Shown here in pieces: positions 45,886 to 56,444 of a stretch of DNA of 64,000 bases. Location: the sequence record MW845759.1; one strand, 5' to 3'. A program made the position numbers and the translations under genes. Position 1 is the stretch's first letter; every line of letters begins with the position of its first letter. Below the pieces are notes generated by a model. The model saw only the letters and a list, made by a program, of their open reading frames with translations, was not told the DNA's origin and searched no databases.

Positions 45886-46443
45886 ATGAATGAGATGATA
45901 CACTTGGACTGTGACGGCGTAATTGCCGACTGGCGTTTGTATATGGAAACGCACCATTTTAAAGAATTCACTGTGGCGCAATTTAATGCAATGGACCCGT
46001 GCCGTCGTAGCACTATCCTGCAAGAAGTGTACCGCAAAGACAAAGACCTGTTCGCCAAACTGCCGGTGATTCCGAAGATTGGCCGCCTCATTTATCACCT
46101 GAACAAAACCGGCGAACCGTGGGGTATTCTGACTTCTGCGGGTGAAGACCATCCGGACTATAACCACGCCGCGGAGTCGAAGCGCCAGTGGCTGTATAAC
46201 CGCTTTGGTATTCCACGTCACAATGTTATCGTGACCGAGAACTCCCATCAGAAAGTACAGTACGCTGACCCGGAGTCGTTATTGATTGATGACTTTGGTC
46301 GTAACTGCCGGGAATGGGTAGAGGCAGGCGGTAAAGCGATTTGGGTACATACTGGTGCGCCTAACGTAGACGCCGTCATTGACGCTGTGGACGACTTTAT
46401 CCACGACCGTGCCATGTTTACTGAATCCCTGATTAGCGTCTGA
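45886..46443 (+). CDS. HAD-superfamily 5'(3')-deoxyribonucleotidase (NT5C-like)
   Basis: LDCDGVIADW, ILTSA, KRQWL, K.QYA, LIDD. Confidence 0.88.
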   Translation: MNEMIHLDCDGVIADWRLYMETHHFKEFTVAQFNAMDPCRRSTILQEVYRKDKDLFAKLPVIPKIGRLIYHLNKTGEPWGILTSAGEDHPDYNHAAESKRQWLYNRFGIPRHNVIVTENSHQKVQYADPESLLIDDFGRNCREWVEAGGKAIWVHTGAPNVDAVIDAVDDFIHDRAMFTESLISV

Positions 46444-46450
46444 TACACGC

Positions 46451-46482
46451 GCCTACGCTTCGGCGTAGGCTCTATTATTTTT
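46451..46482 (+). terminator. Intrinsic terminator, UUCG loop
   Basis: gcctacgc-ttcg-gcgtaggc followed by a T-rich tail. Confidence 0.8.
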
Positions 46483-46486
46483 CACA

Positions 46487-46504
46487 AATATATCATCTTT
46501 TATG
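46487..46504 (+). promoter_or_regulatory. Putative early phage promoter motif
   Basis: aATATATCATCTTttATG, nearly identical to the copy at 1404. Confidence 0.6.
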
Positions 46505-46531
46505 ATGACCACCATTTAGATAGGAATAAGG

Positions 46532-47200
46532 ATGTCAAGTTTACGGCAGCGAATACTTGATGATGTGGCTGAGTATTATCAATACACTGACCCTGCTCAC
46601 CGCATAGACCACATTGTAAAAACCATGAATAACGCAGAGATTCTTTTCGACAAGCTGAATCTGCGTCACGATAAAGCACTGATGAAGAAAGTGCTCATCG
46701 CCATCGGTTATCACGATGTCTGGTCACAGAACCGTAAGTATCACCACGTCGATGCGTACTTAGAAGTCTGTAAGCACACGCGTCGTATCCAGGAACATTA
46801 CGGCATCTCGCAAGAGGATGTCTGGAGGATTGCCCATGCCTGCTTGGAACATCGCGCGTCGTTCAAAGGGACGTACGACTCAATTATCTCGGAGATTACT
46901 GCGGCGGCTGACCGTGGCATCCCGAGCCTTGACGTCGCCTCGCTCTTCTACCGCTCCTACGTCTACGCTCGCGGCATCGGTAAAGTAAGGGAGCTTGCGA
47001 AGATACACTGTGTCCAGCACATCAAAGAGAAATACGGCGACGGTGGGTATGGTGCTGTACCTGTGTGGTACAATGAAAAGTTTGCAGCAGAGTTAGCGCA
47101 ACGCAAAGTTCTGATTGCTGACTTTACTGTAAACGATTTAGATGACAGTAAGCTGGATGCGTTAGAAGATGTGATTGCTGGATATCAGCCTGCATCCTAA
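46532..47200 (+). CDS. HD-domain phosphohydrolase
   Basis: HRIDH, YHDV, YHH, EHR, AAADR. Confidence 0.88.
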   Translation: MSSLRQRILDDVAEYYQYTDPAHRIDHIVKTMNNAEILFDKLNLRHDKALMKKVLIAIGYHDVWSQNRKYHHVDAYLEVCKHTRRIQEHYGISQEDVWRIAHACLEHRASFKGTYDSIISEITAAADRGIPSLDVASLFYRSYVYARGIGKVRELAKIHCVQHIKEKYGDGGYGAVPVWYNEKFAAELAQRKVLIADFTVNDLDDSKLDALEDVIAGYQPAS

Positions 47201-47211
47201 ATAATTTCAGC

Positions 47212-47228
47212 AATATATTATCATTGTG
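47212..47228 (+). promoter_or_regulatory. Putative early phage promoter motif
   Basis: ataatttcagc-aATATATTATCattGTG; shares the ataatttcag flank with the copy at 1404. Confidence 0.6.
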
Positions 47229-47278
47229 AACATTACCATCTAATGTTGTAAACCTAAACTATAATTGTGGAGAAAGAC

Positions 47279-47743
47279 ATGTCAACTAAAACTCGTGAAG
47301 ACCTGATTGTTGAGCGCCTGTTCGGTAAACTGGAACTGGACGACAGCAAGAAGCTGGTGCAAGCACCGCTGACTGAGGTCTACACCGCGGCAGTGGCTGA
47401 AGACGATCGCGTTAAGCACCTGTCTATCGAAGACATCCAAAACGTCGGCGAATTCAACCGTGACTTCCTCGGCGCATTCGGTCGCGTGGGTGCTGACTTT
47501 ATTATTGAGCAGGCCAAAGCTGACGACGATCTGGGCGCAATGGATTTGACTGCGGACATCGCAGGCAATCTGTTCAGCGTAACCTTCTCCCGTCCGACCG
47601 GTGAGAACCCAACTGAAAACGACTGGGCTGCTTCTTTCGGTCTGGGTATGGGCGTGCCGAAGCCAACGGGCTTTGAAGCCGAACTGCGTAAGAAAACGCG
47701 CGATGCCTTCTTCTCATCTGACGAAGATGAAGACGAAGAGTAA
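47279..47743 (+). CDS. Acidic protein with a DEDEDEE C-terminus
   Basis: GGAG RBS before ATG 47279; strong codon bias; followed by a terminator. Confidence 0.75.
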   Translation: MSTKTREDLIVERLFGKLELDDSKKLVQAPLTEVYTAAVAEDDRVKHLSIEDIQNVGEFNRDFLGAFGRVGADFIIEQAKADDDLGAMDLTADIAGNLFSVTFSRPTGENPTENDWAASFGLGMGVPKPTGFEAELRKKTRDAFFSSDEDEDEE

Positions 47744-47757
47744 TCGTCTAAATTCAC

Positions 47758-47784
47758 AAGGGGCCTAGCGCCCCTTATTTTTTT
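47758..47784 (+). terminator. Intrinsic terminator
   Basis: aaggggc-ctagc-gcccctt followed by a T tract. Confidence 0.7.
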
Positions 47785-47797
47785 GTTAGAGGTGTCT

Positions 47798-48322
47798 ATG
47801 TTTCCGGAAAAGAAACCGTTAACGCTTGAACAGCGCGACTTTATCATGCAGCGTTTAGAGAACATGTTGTATCCGTTGTACACACAACTTCGTACCGCGG
47901 TGATTGATGAGGCATCCTTTGAAGCCTTGGCCCGTGAACCGCAGGATGCGATACTGACGACTCCCAACGGGTACGAACGTTTCCTGACCAACCTGCACAA
48001 CAACGACCACAAAGGCGGGGCGATTATCTCGGTCATCATTAACTTCAAGTCTTCCGCTGTCTTGCAGTTTGGCCGTGATGTACTGGAAGAACTCGAACGT
48101 GACCTGTTCCGCTTTACCGTTACTCCTGAAGACCTGAAATCACAAGCAGGTCTGGCAGCATTCCCTGCGGCCGGAAATCCGTTGAACGTTCAGCGTAACA
48201 GCTATCAACAGTTCGATGCACTGGCGACCTATCTGTTCCTCATGTTCCTCAAGTTCTACGTGTACGGTCTGAAAATTGACCCGCGTAAAGCTGCGCAGGA
48301 AGATGACAAAGATAAAAAATAA
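47798..48322 (+). CDS. Hypothetical protein
   Basis: GAGG RBS before ATG 47798. Confidence 0.75.
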   Translation: MFPEKKPLTLEQRDFIMQRLENMLYPLYTQLRTAVIDEASFEALAREPQDAILTTPNGYERFLTNLHNNDHKGGAIISVIINFKSSAVLQFGRDVLEELERDLFRFTVTPEDLKSQAGLAAFPAAGNPLNVQRNSYQQFDALATYLFLMFLKFYVYGLKIDPRKAAQEDDKDKK

Positions 48323-48333
48323 AAGAGCACCAA

Positions 48334-48369
48334 CCGACCCCCAGTGGGGGTCGGAAGGCTTCTTTTTTT
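48334..48369. terminator. Bidirectional terminator
   Basis: ccgaccccc-agt-gggggtcgg between convergent genes. Confidence 0.8.
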
Positions 48370-48377
48370 GTCGCAGA

Positions 48378-49256
48378 TTACATCTGATTGCTCATGAATT
48401 CGTCTGCAACGGTGCGGTAACCACCGACAGTACCGTCGACATCCGGATTCGGACCGCCTTCAGTATTCTGGCCAGGGGTAGCCCACATTTTACGCGTCAT
48501 CGGACGCAGGCCGTTGAGCTTCATGCGCTGCAGCTCTTGCTGAGCCGCCTGCATGACACCCCAACCGGTTTGCTGCTGACTGGTGAAGCTGATGGACAGC
48601 TCATTCGTCTGCGGACCGGAGTTAGGGTCACGCTCACCGATATCCGGACCGTTCGATTCCGGAGCCATGTTAGTACACCACCAGGCGTTAACAACTTTAC
48701 GCTGATACGCATCTGGTTCGAAGTACAGCACGGTCATGGAATACATGTCGGGCAGGAAGTCGGGGACGTTAGGGTTGATTGCCGCAATACCCGGGTGGCC
48801 GGTCTGCGGGTCACAGACCCCGTAAATCAGCCATGCTGAGAACATGTTCTGGAAGACCTTGCCGTCTTTATCCACACCGGTGTGCGTGATAGAAGACTGC
48901 GCTTCGGTAACCAGACCAGCTTCAGATTGCTGACGGTTGTTACGGCCCTGTTGGGTCTGCACGTATTCGGCGGTCAGACCTTTATCCAGACCTGAGAAGG
49001 TGGTGTGCACCTCAATAAAGGTCTTGATAGCCTGACGCCAAACCGCTGGGTTTGGCATGTAGTCAACCCAGCGCGGGTACTCCATCACACGCGCGATGAG
49101 GTTACGACGCAGACGGCTGGCGTTGGTGACAAACTTACCAGTCTGGTTCGCCGGGCCCTGCATACCCGAGTCGAACGGACGCACCATCTGGTAGTCGCCG
49201 CCGTCAATGTGCAGCCCGTCAGCAGGGAGAATCAAGCGTTCAGAAAGTCCAGCCAT
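48378..49256 (-). CDS. Tail tube protein (phiKZ gp30-like)
   Basis: 292 aa directly downstream of the sheath gene; LYFEPD...VVNAWWCTNMAP pattern. Confidence 0.85.
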   Translation of the reverse strand: MAGLSERLILPADGLHIDGGDYQMVRPFDSGMQGPANQTGKFVTNASRLRRNLIARVMEYPRWVDYMPNPAVWRQAIKTFIEVHTTFSGLDKGLTAEYVQTQQGRNNRQQSEAGLVTEAQSSITHTGVDKDGKVFQNMFSAWLIYGVCDPQTGHPGIAAINPNVPDFLPDMYSMTVLYFEPDAYQRKVVNAWWCTNMAPESNGPDIGERDPNSGPQTNELSISFTSQQQTGWGVMQAAQQELQRMKLNGLRPMTRKMWATPGQNTEGGPNPDVDGTVGGYRTVADEFMSNQM

Positions 49257-49262
49257 TTCTCA

Positions 49263-51302
49263 TTACTCCTGACGATAAACACGGATGGTAGTGTTGAACT
49301 GAGTCAACAGCGTACCGCCTTCGCAACGCAGGTCAACAGTTACGGAGTTACCGGAACTGATGTCTTCGTCGGTGAATCGCGCCGTTGGGATAACGTTGGC
49401 GTTACCATCCAGACGGTTAGCGAGACGCGCGATGATATTGTTTTCAATATCCTTCGCGGCTTCTGCACGGGTCATACCGCTCAGACCGGTGGTGTCAGCC
49501 CATACGCGATCCGTTACACGGTACACGTAAGTCATCAGGAAGTTGAACAGTGCGTTGTTCAGCACAGAACGTTCTTCCGGATAGATAGACTGAATCGCCG
49601 GGATGAAGACACGGTAGTAATCGTAGCTGCGGGCAGAGATAAGTGACACATCCCAGTCGGACGCATACACTTCGTTCCCTTTCCACGGCAGGCTTACATC
49701 GGTCACATCTTCGATGATAGTTCTGCTACCACGGTTGAAGCGGTATTCCGGTTTGCAGTACCCGTCTTTCGCACCCATGTACTTCGAGAAGAAGTTCGCG
49801 ATTGAGTAAATCAGCGGCACTGCTTCTTTATAGGAGCTGTTACGGATTTTCCCGGTCTGACCCATGATGAGGCCACGGGCAGCTGGGGTGCCGAACTTGT
49901 CGGATTCCGGCACGGCGGACACCATTTCCATCAGCGCAACTTTTGCCGACTCTTCAGCCTGCAGGTCGTTGCGGCCTTCGTTGTATACGTGAGTACACAG
50001 GCCGAGGAAGGTGTTACGGCTACGGCCAATGAAGTTACAGAGCACTTCTTTGGTTTCGAAGCTGAAGCCGGAGTCCCAGAAGCAGCCCAGGGAATATTTC
50101 AGTTCGTTGTCGTAACGAACTTTACCGTCTTCCGGGAACAGGGACATTTCGCGACGAACGAGTTCATCGAAGACGTCGTTGTTCAGCGTACCATCGCTAC
50201 CGCCGCTCAGATAATGAACGTGCTGGGAGCTGAAAGTGGCTTTACCGGTCACGGTTCCCGGGTTGACGATCAGACCATCATATGGGTTCCCGTTGAGATC
50301 CAGACCGTTGAAAATGTCAACTAAGTATGGGTCAGCCGGAGCGTTGTCAATCAGACCCGCCGCCTGCGTGAGCAGAGCTTCGAGGTTATCCTGATAAACA
50401 TAGAACTCTTCGAACGGGCCGTAATCTGGCAGTGCGCCGATTTCCGGGATGGTGTTGCGCCATGCGGGCGTGACGATGTTCGCGAAGTCCAGGTCCGTCG
50501 CCATCGGCTCGTAGTAAGCTTTCGGTTTGAAGCTGAAGTTCAGCGTGGTCATACCCTTCAAGGTTTTCCAGATAACTGGAGACGAGACGCCAGCAAGCGT
50601 TTCGAACCATTGCATGGTATAAACACGACCACCCACCTTCTGCTGGTAAGCCGCAGACAAGGCAGGTGAAGATTTCGCGGTCGGGACGGTCAGCTTGTAG
50701 CCGAAACCGTTCACGTCGCCAGAAGCAAATGGTCCTTTGATATCCCACAGCGGGATAACTGTCGATTTCTCGCCACCGCTACCGGTCAAGGTGCCCTGCA
50801 TCTGTTTGCCGTCTTTGAACAGGCCGTTCGTGGCATTAACTTCAATGACACGGAATACGATCTGCAGACCCATGCGCTTCTCTTTGACGAGAGCCTGACC
50901 GGTCTGATCGTACTTGACGCTACCGTCAGTGTTGCGCTCGTAGATGTCCACTTCAGTCAGTAAGACTTCGGCGGCCATACGCTGCGTGGCAACTTCGGCA
51001 TCATCAGGACGGACTACCTGAACCATCATTTCGTTGCCATTGGCATTGAACATGTTCAGGAACGGGGTGTTGAACGTAGCGTATTTGCTACGATAATCGA
51101 CGACATCACGGCCTACCAAAGAAAGCAGGTTATCGCCCGAAAGCGGGAATGCCTCGTTATCGACACAACGTCCGCCGAAAGTAAACATCAGCGGCTTGTG
51201 AATCGGGTCGCCGATCGCTTGCCGCACAAGCTCAGGGACGGAGTTATCCTGCCATCCCTGCTTGTTATTCAGCGGCGAGCTGTTTCGTGGGATATAAGTC
51301 AT
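49263..51302 (-). CDS. Tail sheath protein (phiKZ gp29-like)
   Basis: 679 aa; YLSGGSDG, FWDSGFS and a C-terminal sheath-like segment; synteny with tube and terminase. Confidence 0.88.
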   Translation of the reverse strand: MTYIPRNSSPLNNKQGWQDNSVPELVRQAIGDPIHKPLMFTFGGRCVDNEAFPLSGDNLLSLVGRDVVDYRSKYATFNTPFLNMFNANGNEMMVQVVRPDDAEVATQRMAAEVLLTEVDIYERNTDGSVKYDQTGQALVKEKRMGLQIVFRVIEVNATNGLFKDGKQMQGTLTGSGGEKSTVIPLWDIKGPFASGDVNGFGYKLTVPTAKSSPALSAAYQQKVGGRVYTMQWFETLAGVSSPVIWKTLKGMTTLNFSFKPKAYYEPMATDLDFANIVTPAWRNTIPEIGALPDYGPFEEFYVYQDNLEALLTQAAGLIDNAPADPYLVDIFNGLDLNGNPYDGLIVNPGTVTGKATFSSQHVHYLSGGSDGTLNNDVFDELVRREMSLFPEDGKVRYDNELKYSLGCFWDSGFSFETKEVLCNFIGRSRNTFLGLCTHVYNEGRNDLQAEESAKVALMEMVSAVPESDKFGTPAARGLIMGQTGKIRNSSYKEAVPLIYSIANFFSKYMGAKDGYCKPEYRFNRGSRTIIEDVTDVSLPWKGNEVYASDWDVSLISARSYDYYRVFIPAIQSIYPEERSVLNNALFNFLMTYVYRVTDRVWADTTGLSGMTRAEAAKDIENNIIARLANRLDGNANVIPTARFTDEDISSGNSVTVDLRCEGGTLLTQFNTTIRVYRQE

Positions 51303-51361
51303 GGATCAGAGTCTCCATACATTGTTTTGAAAGACCAGATGGTCATACTAAGGATTTTCTC

Positions 51362-52276
51362 ATGGCACTTGAAAACGCATATAAGGGCTTTCATTTCACC
51401 AGCTTCAATCTGGAAAAGATTAAAGCCGACCTCGATTTAGCCCGTGTTCAGAACCAAACGATCGCAATGTCGGAGCAGATTCACTACGTCATTGAGACAG
51501 CGACGGTCGCCGGATTCCCGTTACCGATTGTTCACGACGGTATTGTGTACGTCGATGCTCGCCCGTTCACAAAACTGGACCGTGAAGGTAAACTGCAGAT
51601 TCGTGACGTGCTTGAACACGACCTTCGTCTGGATGAAGCGCGGTGGGAGCTGGTCTGGACAAACCCGGCTGTTAACCGTCAAACGCTCATGTCGCAGTTC
51701 CCTTACTACCATGAGATTTTCAGTACGTGGGTGGCAGATGCTATCTCCCATACCTACGGACTAACCCCATATCAAAGTAGCCAGATAAAAGCACTCGCGG
51801 CTTTATTCAGTATTGGGCACTTTTATAATGGCGTTCCCGACGAGTTAACTGCCTACCGCTTGCAAGAGATGGTAGGGAAAGAGCTTTATTTACCGATGCA
51901 AATCTTTGAGTCGGTGACCGGCCGTACCGAGTTCTTTATTCCTCGTGACGCAGCGGAGTTTGTGGAAATGGTCGTGAAAGCGGACGTGACCCCACGCCTG
52001 CGCGAGTTCAACATTTCTGCACTGCTGCAAAACCTGTCCGGGGCATTCTTCGGGGTGTCGTTCGCCAAACAGCTCACCAGCTCTGCAGTGGAATACGCGC
52101 CGAGCATGCTGGTCATTATGAAAGCATGTCTGGAAAACTCTACCTATAACCGTACCCGTCTGGGGCAAGTGGTGAAGCGTTCGAAAGTGACGAAGGTGCA
52201 CGACAAGTTTGTGCGCTCCTACGAAATCACTCTGAACGAACACACCAAACCTCCGGTGGACTTTAAGGAGTTCTAA
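51362..52276 (+). CDS. Virion structural protein (phiKZ gp28-like)
   Basis: AAGGA RBS before ATG 51362; divergent from the sheath gene. Confidence 0.65.
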   Translation: MALENAYKGFHFTSFNLEKIKADLDLARVQNQTIAMSEQIHYVIETATVAGFPLPIVHDGIVYVDARPFTKLDREGKLQIRDVLEHDLRLDEARWELVWTNPAVNRQTLMSQFPYYHEIFSTWVADAISHTYGLTPYQSSQIKALAALFSIGHFYNGVPDELTAYRLQEMVGKELYLPMQIFESVTGRTEFFIPRDAAEFVEMVVKADVTPRLREFNISALLQNLSGAFFGVSFAKQLTSSAVEYAPSMLVIMKACLENSTYNRTRLGQVVKRSKVTKVHDKFVRSYEITLNEHTKPPVDFKEF

Positions 52277-54786
52277 TGGATAACTGGCTTGTAGCTCATG
52301 CGCAGCAATACGCATGGCAACGTCCGGGTGCGGATGGCACGCTGATTATCGCCCCGCACAAAATCACGCAGAAGACCGGGGCTATAGGCCATGTCCGTGA
52401 CGGACTCTCCGACATCCCACTGCCGGGGTCCGGATGGTGGCATGCATACCACCTCGGCAAACTGCATGCGCGGGAAGGTAACCTCAACATCCCGGCGGGG
52501 ATTTGGTATAAAGTCTCCGCGGTGATTAATAAGTTAAGTGCCTTTATCCTTGTCTATAATGAAAAGGGTATTGGCATGCCAACTGACCGGATGTATTTCT
52601 ACCGTGACCGCAGCGGGGCCATTCTGCTGGCCATGCAGCAAAACGGGAAATACGCGTGGCCGGAAACGGACACCCTGTACATCAAGTTCTACCCGGGCTG
52701 GTCCGGTGGCGAAAACGCCCCGTCTATTCCTGCCACTACCACCGAATACATGACGGTGCCGAACCTGTTAGCGCGTCAAGCGGTGATTGACCGGATTGCC
52801 AAACTGAAGGCCGAGCGTCAGGGTTATGTGGCGGTGTGGGTTAACGGAGAACTGCGTGACAACCTGAAAGTGGATGACTTGGTCACATGGGATGATATCG
52901 AACTGCGAGTTGACGGCCGTGTCCGTCGCGTGGTCGATTACGTACTCGGTGATGTGAAGTCGTTTACCTCGACGCTTGATAACAAGCGCAAGTATTTACT
53001 GCACCTCCCGAAAGGGGATGATAAGTGGACGTTCAACGACGATGTGGAGATTCACGTCTACTACAAAAACCGCGGACGCTATTACCACCATCACCGTAGT
53101 GAAGCGATGCGTAACCTGACGTACAATGACCTCAGTATCCCAACCGAGCGCGTAAAAGACTTGCGTGTGACGTGGGGGCAGTTGACGAACATCGACGAGG
53201 TGATTGTGCGCGTGTTGATTCGCGACGATTACATGGAGCAGCAAGCCCTCTTTAATACCGACCGTCTGTTCGATTTGTATCGTCTCAGCGACGAAGATAT
53301 CGTGGCAGCGATGGTAGGGGCAAATGCCAACGTGGTCGAATGGCAGGCTGCCAGTCTGGAACAATCTGCAGCGAACCGTTTAGCCGCCGCAAAGCCGAAG
53401 AACATTACTCGCAAGCTTTGTACGGATGCTTACGGTTACAATGCCGTTTCCGTGTATGCCGCCAATACCCCACAGAAACTGGAATTAAATGAACAGGGCT
53501 GGTTCTGTCGTTTACCGGATTTGTTAGCCCGTCGCTCGACTGTGTACGAGTACGATGCGAATGGCAAACTGTTAGGTTCGTATCCGCACAACGACGATGC
53601 ATTCTACTACGCACGTAACCCGGCAGCTCGTCTGGTTGAAGCGTTAGCCAGTGTGCAGAACACAGCAATGGACATCACTGACGATGCGCCAGACTTCCAA
53701 CTGGAAGAAGGGTTGAACTACACGTTCTACCTGCAGAAGTTGAAGTCAGGGGCAATAACGGGCGAGTATATTCTCGCGGAAGAAGGCGTGGACTATACCA
53801 ACACTGCGGGTTATATCGAGTGGAAGGTAGACCGGACTCGTCGACGTCCTACGGTTATTACTGACCGTTATCATCTCTTCTCCTCTACCACCTTTAAAGT
53901 GGAAGACGGGGAGATTCGCATTGGTGTGACGTCTCGCGGCACCGACGGTATTGACCGTCCGTTATTCGTGCCTATGGAAACTGTCGAAGCATGGCTGAAC
54001 GGCTACCCACTGGTACACGGGGTGGACTTTACCGTTCAATGGCCGGCGGTGACTGTCGTGAACAAAGTGTTCATTAACGACGGGGCAGTGAACAAGCTCG
54101 AACTGCGTGCGCGGGGCGTCACTGGGACCTTACGGGTACCAGAACATGGTTTTGTAACAAGTGGCGTGTTGTCGAACAACGACCGCTACGATATCCGTGA
54201 GGATAAAGTGGTTCGCATTGTAGCCGGTGGGCGGCTGATGCACCGTGACGACGTTGTCTTTCGCGAAGACAGCGCATTGGGCGTGTCGACGATTCCCGAT
54301 GGGGTTCCGTACTCCATTGACGACCCGACCGTTCCGTTGCGGACATTGGTAGAGGGAGACACGTACTCCTTGAGAGATAAAGCGCGGGATATGGATAGTC
54401 GCATTGAAGACTACCTGTCTGCGTGGTTCCCTACTCCGCCCCCGGCCGACATTGTGCCGCTCCCAACGTGGTATCACTTGTACAGCCCTGTGTTAAATAA
54501 GGTCATGTGGGATATCCAGATGAAACGGTTGACGGTGGTTGAGGACGATGAAACCAATCGTATCTCCACCACTCAGCTCGATGACATCATGGTGGCCTAC
54601 GAAGACCTGTTGGCGTTTGACCCCGCCTTTATCGGTTATGACCGGCGCTTCGTTCGTGTGCATCCGCATCTGCAGTACAAAACTGTGGAGGTTGCCGAGT
54701 TGACGTACGCCCTGCTCGACCGCATTAATGCGCGTTATCTCAATAACGCGGTAACGCTCAATCAGTATCTGAAAATTAAGGGTTGA
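52276..54786 (+). CDS. Virion baseplate-type structural protein (phiKZ gp27-like)
   Basis: 836 aa; TAATG coupling; synteny. Confidence 0.7.
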   Translation: MDNWLVAHAQQYAWQRPGADGTLIIAPHKITQKTGAIGHVRDGLSDIPLPGSGWWHAYHLGKLHAREGNLNIPAGIWYKVSAVINKLSAFILVYNEKGIGMPTDRMYFYRDRSGAILLAMQQNGKYAWPETDTLYIKFYPGWSGGENAPSIPATTTEYMTVPNLLARQAVIDRIAKLKAERQGYVAVWVNGELRDNLKVDDLVTWDDIELRVDGRVRRVVDYVLGDVKSFTSTLDNKRKYLLHLPKGDDKWTFNDDVEIHVYYKNRGRYYHHHRSEAMRNLTYNDLSIPTERVKDLRVTWGQLTNIDEVIVRVLIRDDYMEQQALFNTDRLFDLYRLSDEDIVAAMVGANANVVEWQAASLEQSAANRLAAAKPKNITRKLCTDAYGYNAVSVYAANTPQKLELNEQGWFCRLPDLLARRSTVYEYDANGKLLGSYPHNDDAFYYARNPAARLVEALASVQNTAMDITDDAPDFQLEEGLNYTFYLQKLKSGAITGEYILAEEGVDYTNTAGYIEWKVDRTRRRPTVITDRYHLFSSTTFKVEDGEIRIGVTSRGTDGIDRPLFVPMETVEAWLNGYPLVHGVDFTVQWPAVTVVNKVFINDGAVNKLELRARGVTGTLRVPEHGFVTSGVLSNNDRYDIREDKVVRIVAGGRLMHRDDVVFREDSALGVSTIPDGVPYSIDDPTVPLRTLVEGDTYSLRDKARDMDSRIEDYLSAWFPTPPPADIVPLPTWYHLYSPVLNKVMWDIQMKRLTVVEDDETNRISTTQLDDIMVAYEDLLAFDPAFIGYDRRFVRVHPHLQYKTVEVAELTYALLDRINARYLNNAVTLNQYLKIKG

Positions 54787-54788
54787 CA

Positions 54789-56435
54789 ATGGCGACGACT
54801 ATTACAACCGGTATCGTGGATAAAGACCGTGGGATGCGCTTGTGGGACCCCTCGGAGCTTTACAACAAGGAAACGGGGACAGGCTTTGTCCCCAACAACC
54901 TTGACTTAGTAAAGAACGACGTATACCGCATGTTGTTCGAAATCTACGATGTGGACTACACCAACTTCACGTGGAAATCGAAGCCTTACGGTACGGTACA
55001 GATTTACAACGACAGTGAGCGCTTAGGTGGCCACTATCCGTTGAAATCTGACAAATACCGTATCTACGTGGATAGCAGCAAACATCCGGCCACGCTGGAC
55101 TTCCATGACCATCTGACCTTTAACGGGCCAGATGTGTTAGGGGTGCGTTTGTTCCGCGGGGTGGACATCGACGACAATGCTGAAGTCCTTTCGGGGTTCT
55201 ACAAAAACGGCAAACTCGACGAGACGTTGCTTCCGGTTCGTCCGGTGCGGAACGAAGGGCTGGACACCCAAGTCAACACCGTGCTGCCGGGGTATTGCAC
55301 AGCGGAGGTAGAGGACGGTGAGAATGTCTCGTTCGTGGCGTATGCTGACAACGACCGGGTGATTCTGGTTGGGGTGGCAAAAATCATCAAGACCAATTTG
55401 GTGATGGCGGCAGAAACGCCGGCACGTACTATCGTGGATGTCAAACTCGAGTCGCCGTTCATTCTGGACACCGACTCCCGGGTACTGACCCTACCGATTA
55501 ACTTGCCTATCGAAGACATTCCGTTGAACGCCCTGATTATCTACACCGACGGGCAGAAGCGTTTACCGATTGACGGTAGCCGAGTTATGTTAAACGGCCT
55601 GCGTAACGCGGGCAGTCACGACACGTACTACATCGCGTCGAATGCCGGGCAGGAACTGCCGCTGGTACTCAGTTATCGCATGGCGAAAGGGGAAACGTAT
55701 GCGGGTGAAGGCTATGTCAATGGCGCGATTGTGCGCGATTATAAAGCAGCGACGGAAGCAGTCGATGGCGGTTACTCGCTGAAACTGTTTGCGGTTCCTA
55801 CGTGGCTCGACGTCAACCGTGGGTATCGTCTGTCGTTCTTCCTGTACAACTTGACACGTGGGCAGGTGTATGACGCCTCCGCTTTTGTTGAGTATACGGC
55901 GAACACTTCGTTCGACCCGTTACTGTACGGGGTGAAGCAGCGCTTGAATGTGCAGGTCGACGTCAGTAAGGTCAATCCGACTTACCGGGCATTTGTCCAT
56001 GCGCAGTCCTTCCACATTACCCTGATTAACCCGGGTAACGAACTGAACACGAACTTCTATCTGGAGTACGTGCAGGATGGTAAACGTTACGGCGAAAACG
56101 TGTATGCGAAATTCAAATACTCGAACGTGTCGTATTCCGATATCGACCTGAAGTGTGGGGCGCTGACGCAAGCCGAATGGATTGCGAAACTGTACGATAC
56201 CAGTTATCCACTTTATGACCGTCGCACGGAGGCTAATGCGCCGACCCCTACCCACTTTGAATTGCATGTGGGTGGGCAGGTACAGACGTACGCCGTGGGT
56301 GAATGGCTCAACAAGTTGACCGTTCCGTACAAAGTGCCGGAAGGGGGTACCGTTGTCATTCGTTGGCTGGCGCGTACGCCGACCGATACGTTGCAGTTAG
56401 GTTTGTCTCCGCTACTCGCTCATTTAACAACATAA
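54789..56435 (+). CDS. Virion baseplate-type structural protein (phiKZ gp26-like)
   Basis: 548 aa, beta-rich; directly upstream of the terminase. Confidence 0.7.
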   Translation: MATTITTGIVDKDRGMRLWDPSELYNKETGTGFVPNNLDLVKNDVYRMLFEIYDVDYTNFTWKSKPYGTVQIYNDSERLGGHYPLKSDKYRIYVDSSKHPATLDFHDHLTFNGPDVLGVRLFRGVDIDDNAEVLSGFYKNGKLDETLLPVRPVRNEGLDTQVNTVLPGYCTAEVEDGENVSFVAYADNDRVILVGVAKIIKTNLVMAAETPARTIVDVKLESPFILDTDSRVLTLPINLPIEDIPLNALIIYTDGQKRLPIDGSRVMLNGLRNAGSHDTYYIASNAGQELPLVLSYRMAKGETYAGEGYVNGAIVRDYKAATEAVDGGYSLKLFAVPTWLDVNRGYRLSFFLYNLTRGQVYDASAFVEYTANTSFDPLLYGVKQRLNVQVDVSKVNPTYRAFVHAQSFHITLINPGNELNTNFYLEYVQDGKRYGENVYAKFKYSNVSYSDIDLKCGALTQAEWIAKLYDTSYPLYDRRTEANAPTPTHFELHVGGQVQTYAVGEWLNKLTVPYKVPEGGTVVIRWLARTPTDTLQLGLSPLLAHLTT

Positions 56436-56444
56436 TCTCGACAC

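Noticed and set aside
47380-48048. 222-aa minus-strand ORF, and similar shadows (10032..10550, 20802..21404, 44129..44716, 49005..49646)
   Set aside because: Each is fully antisense to well-supported genes that have RBSs and terminators.
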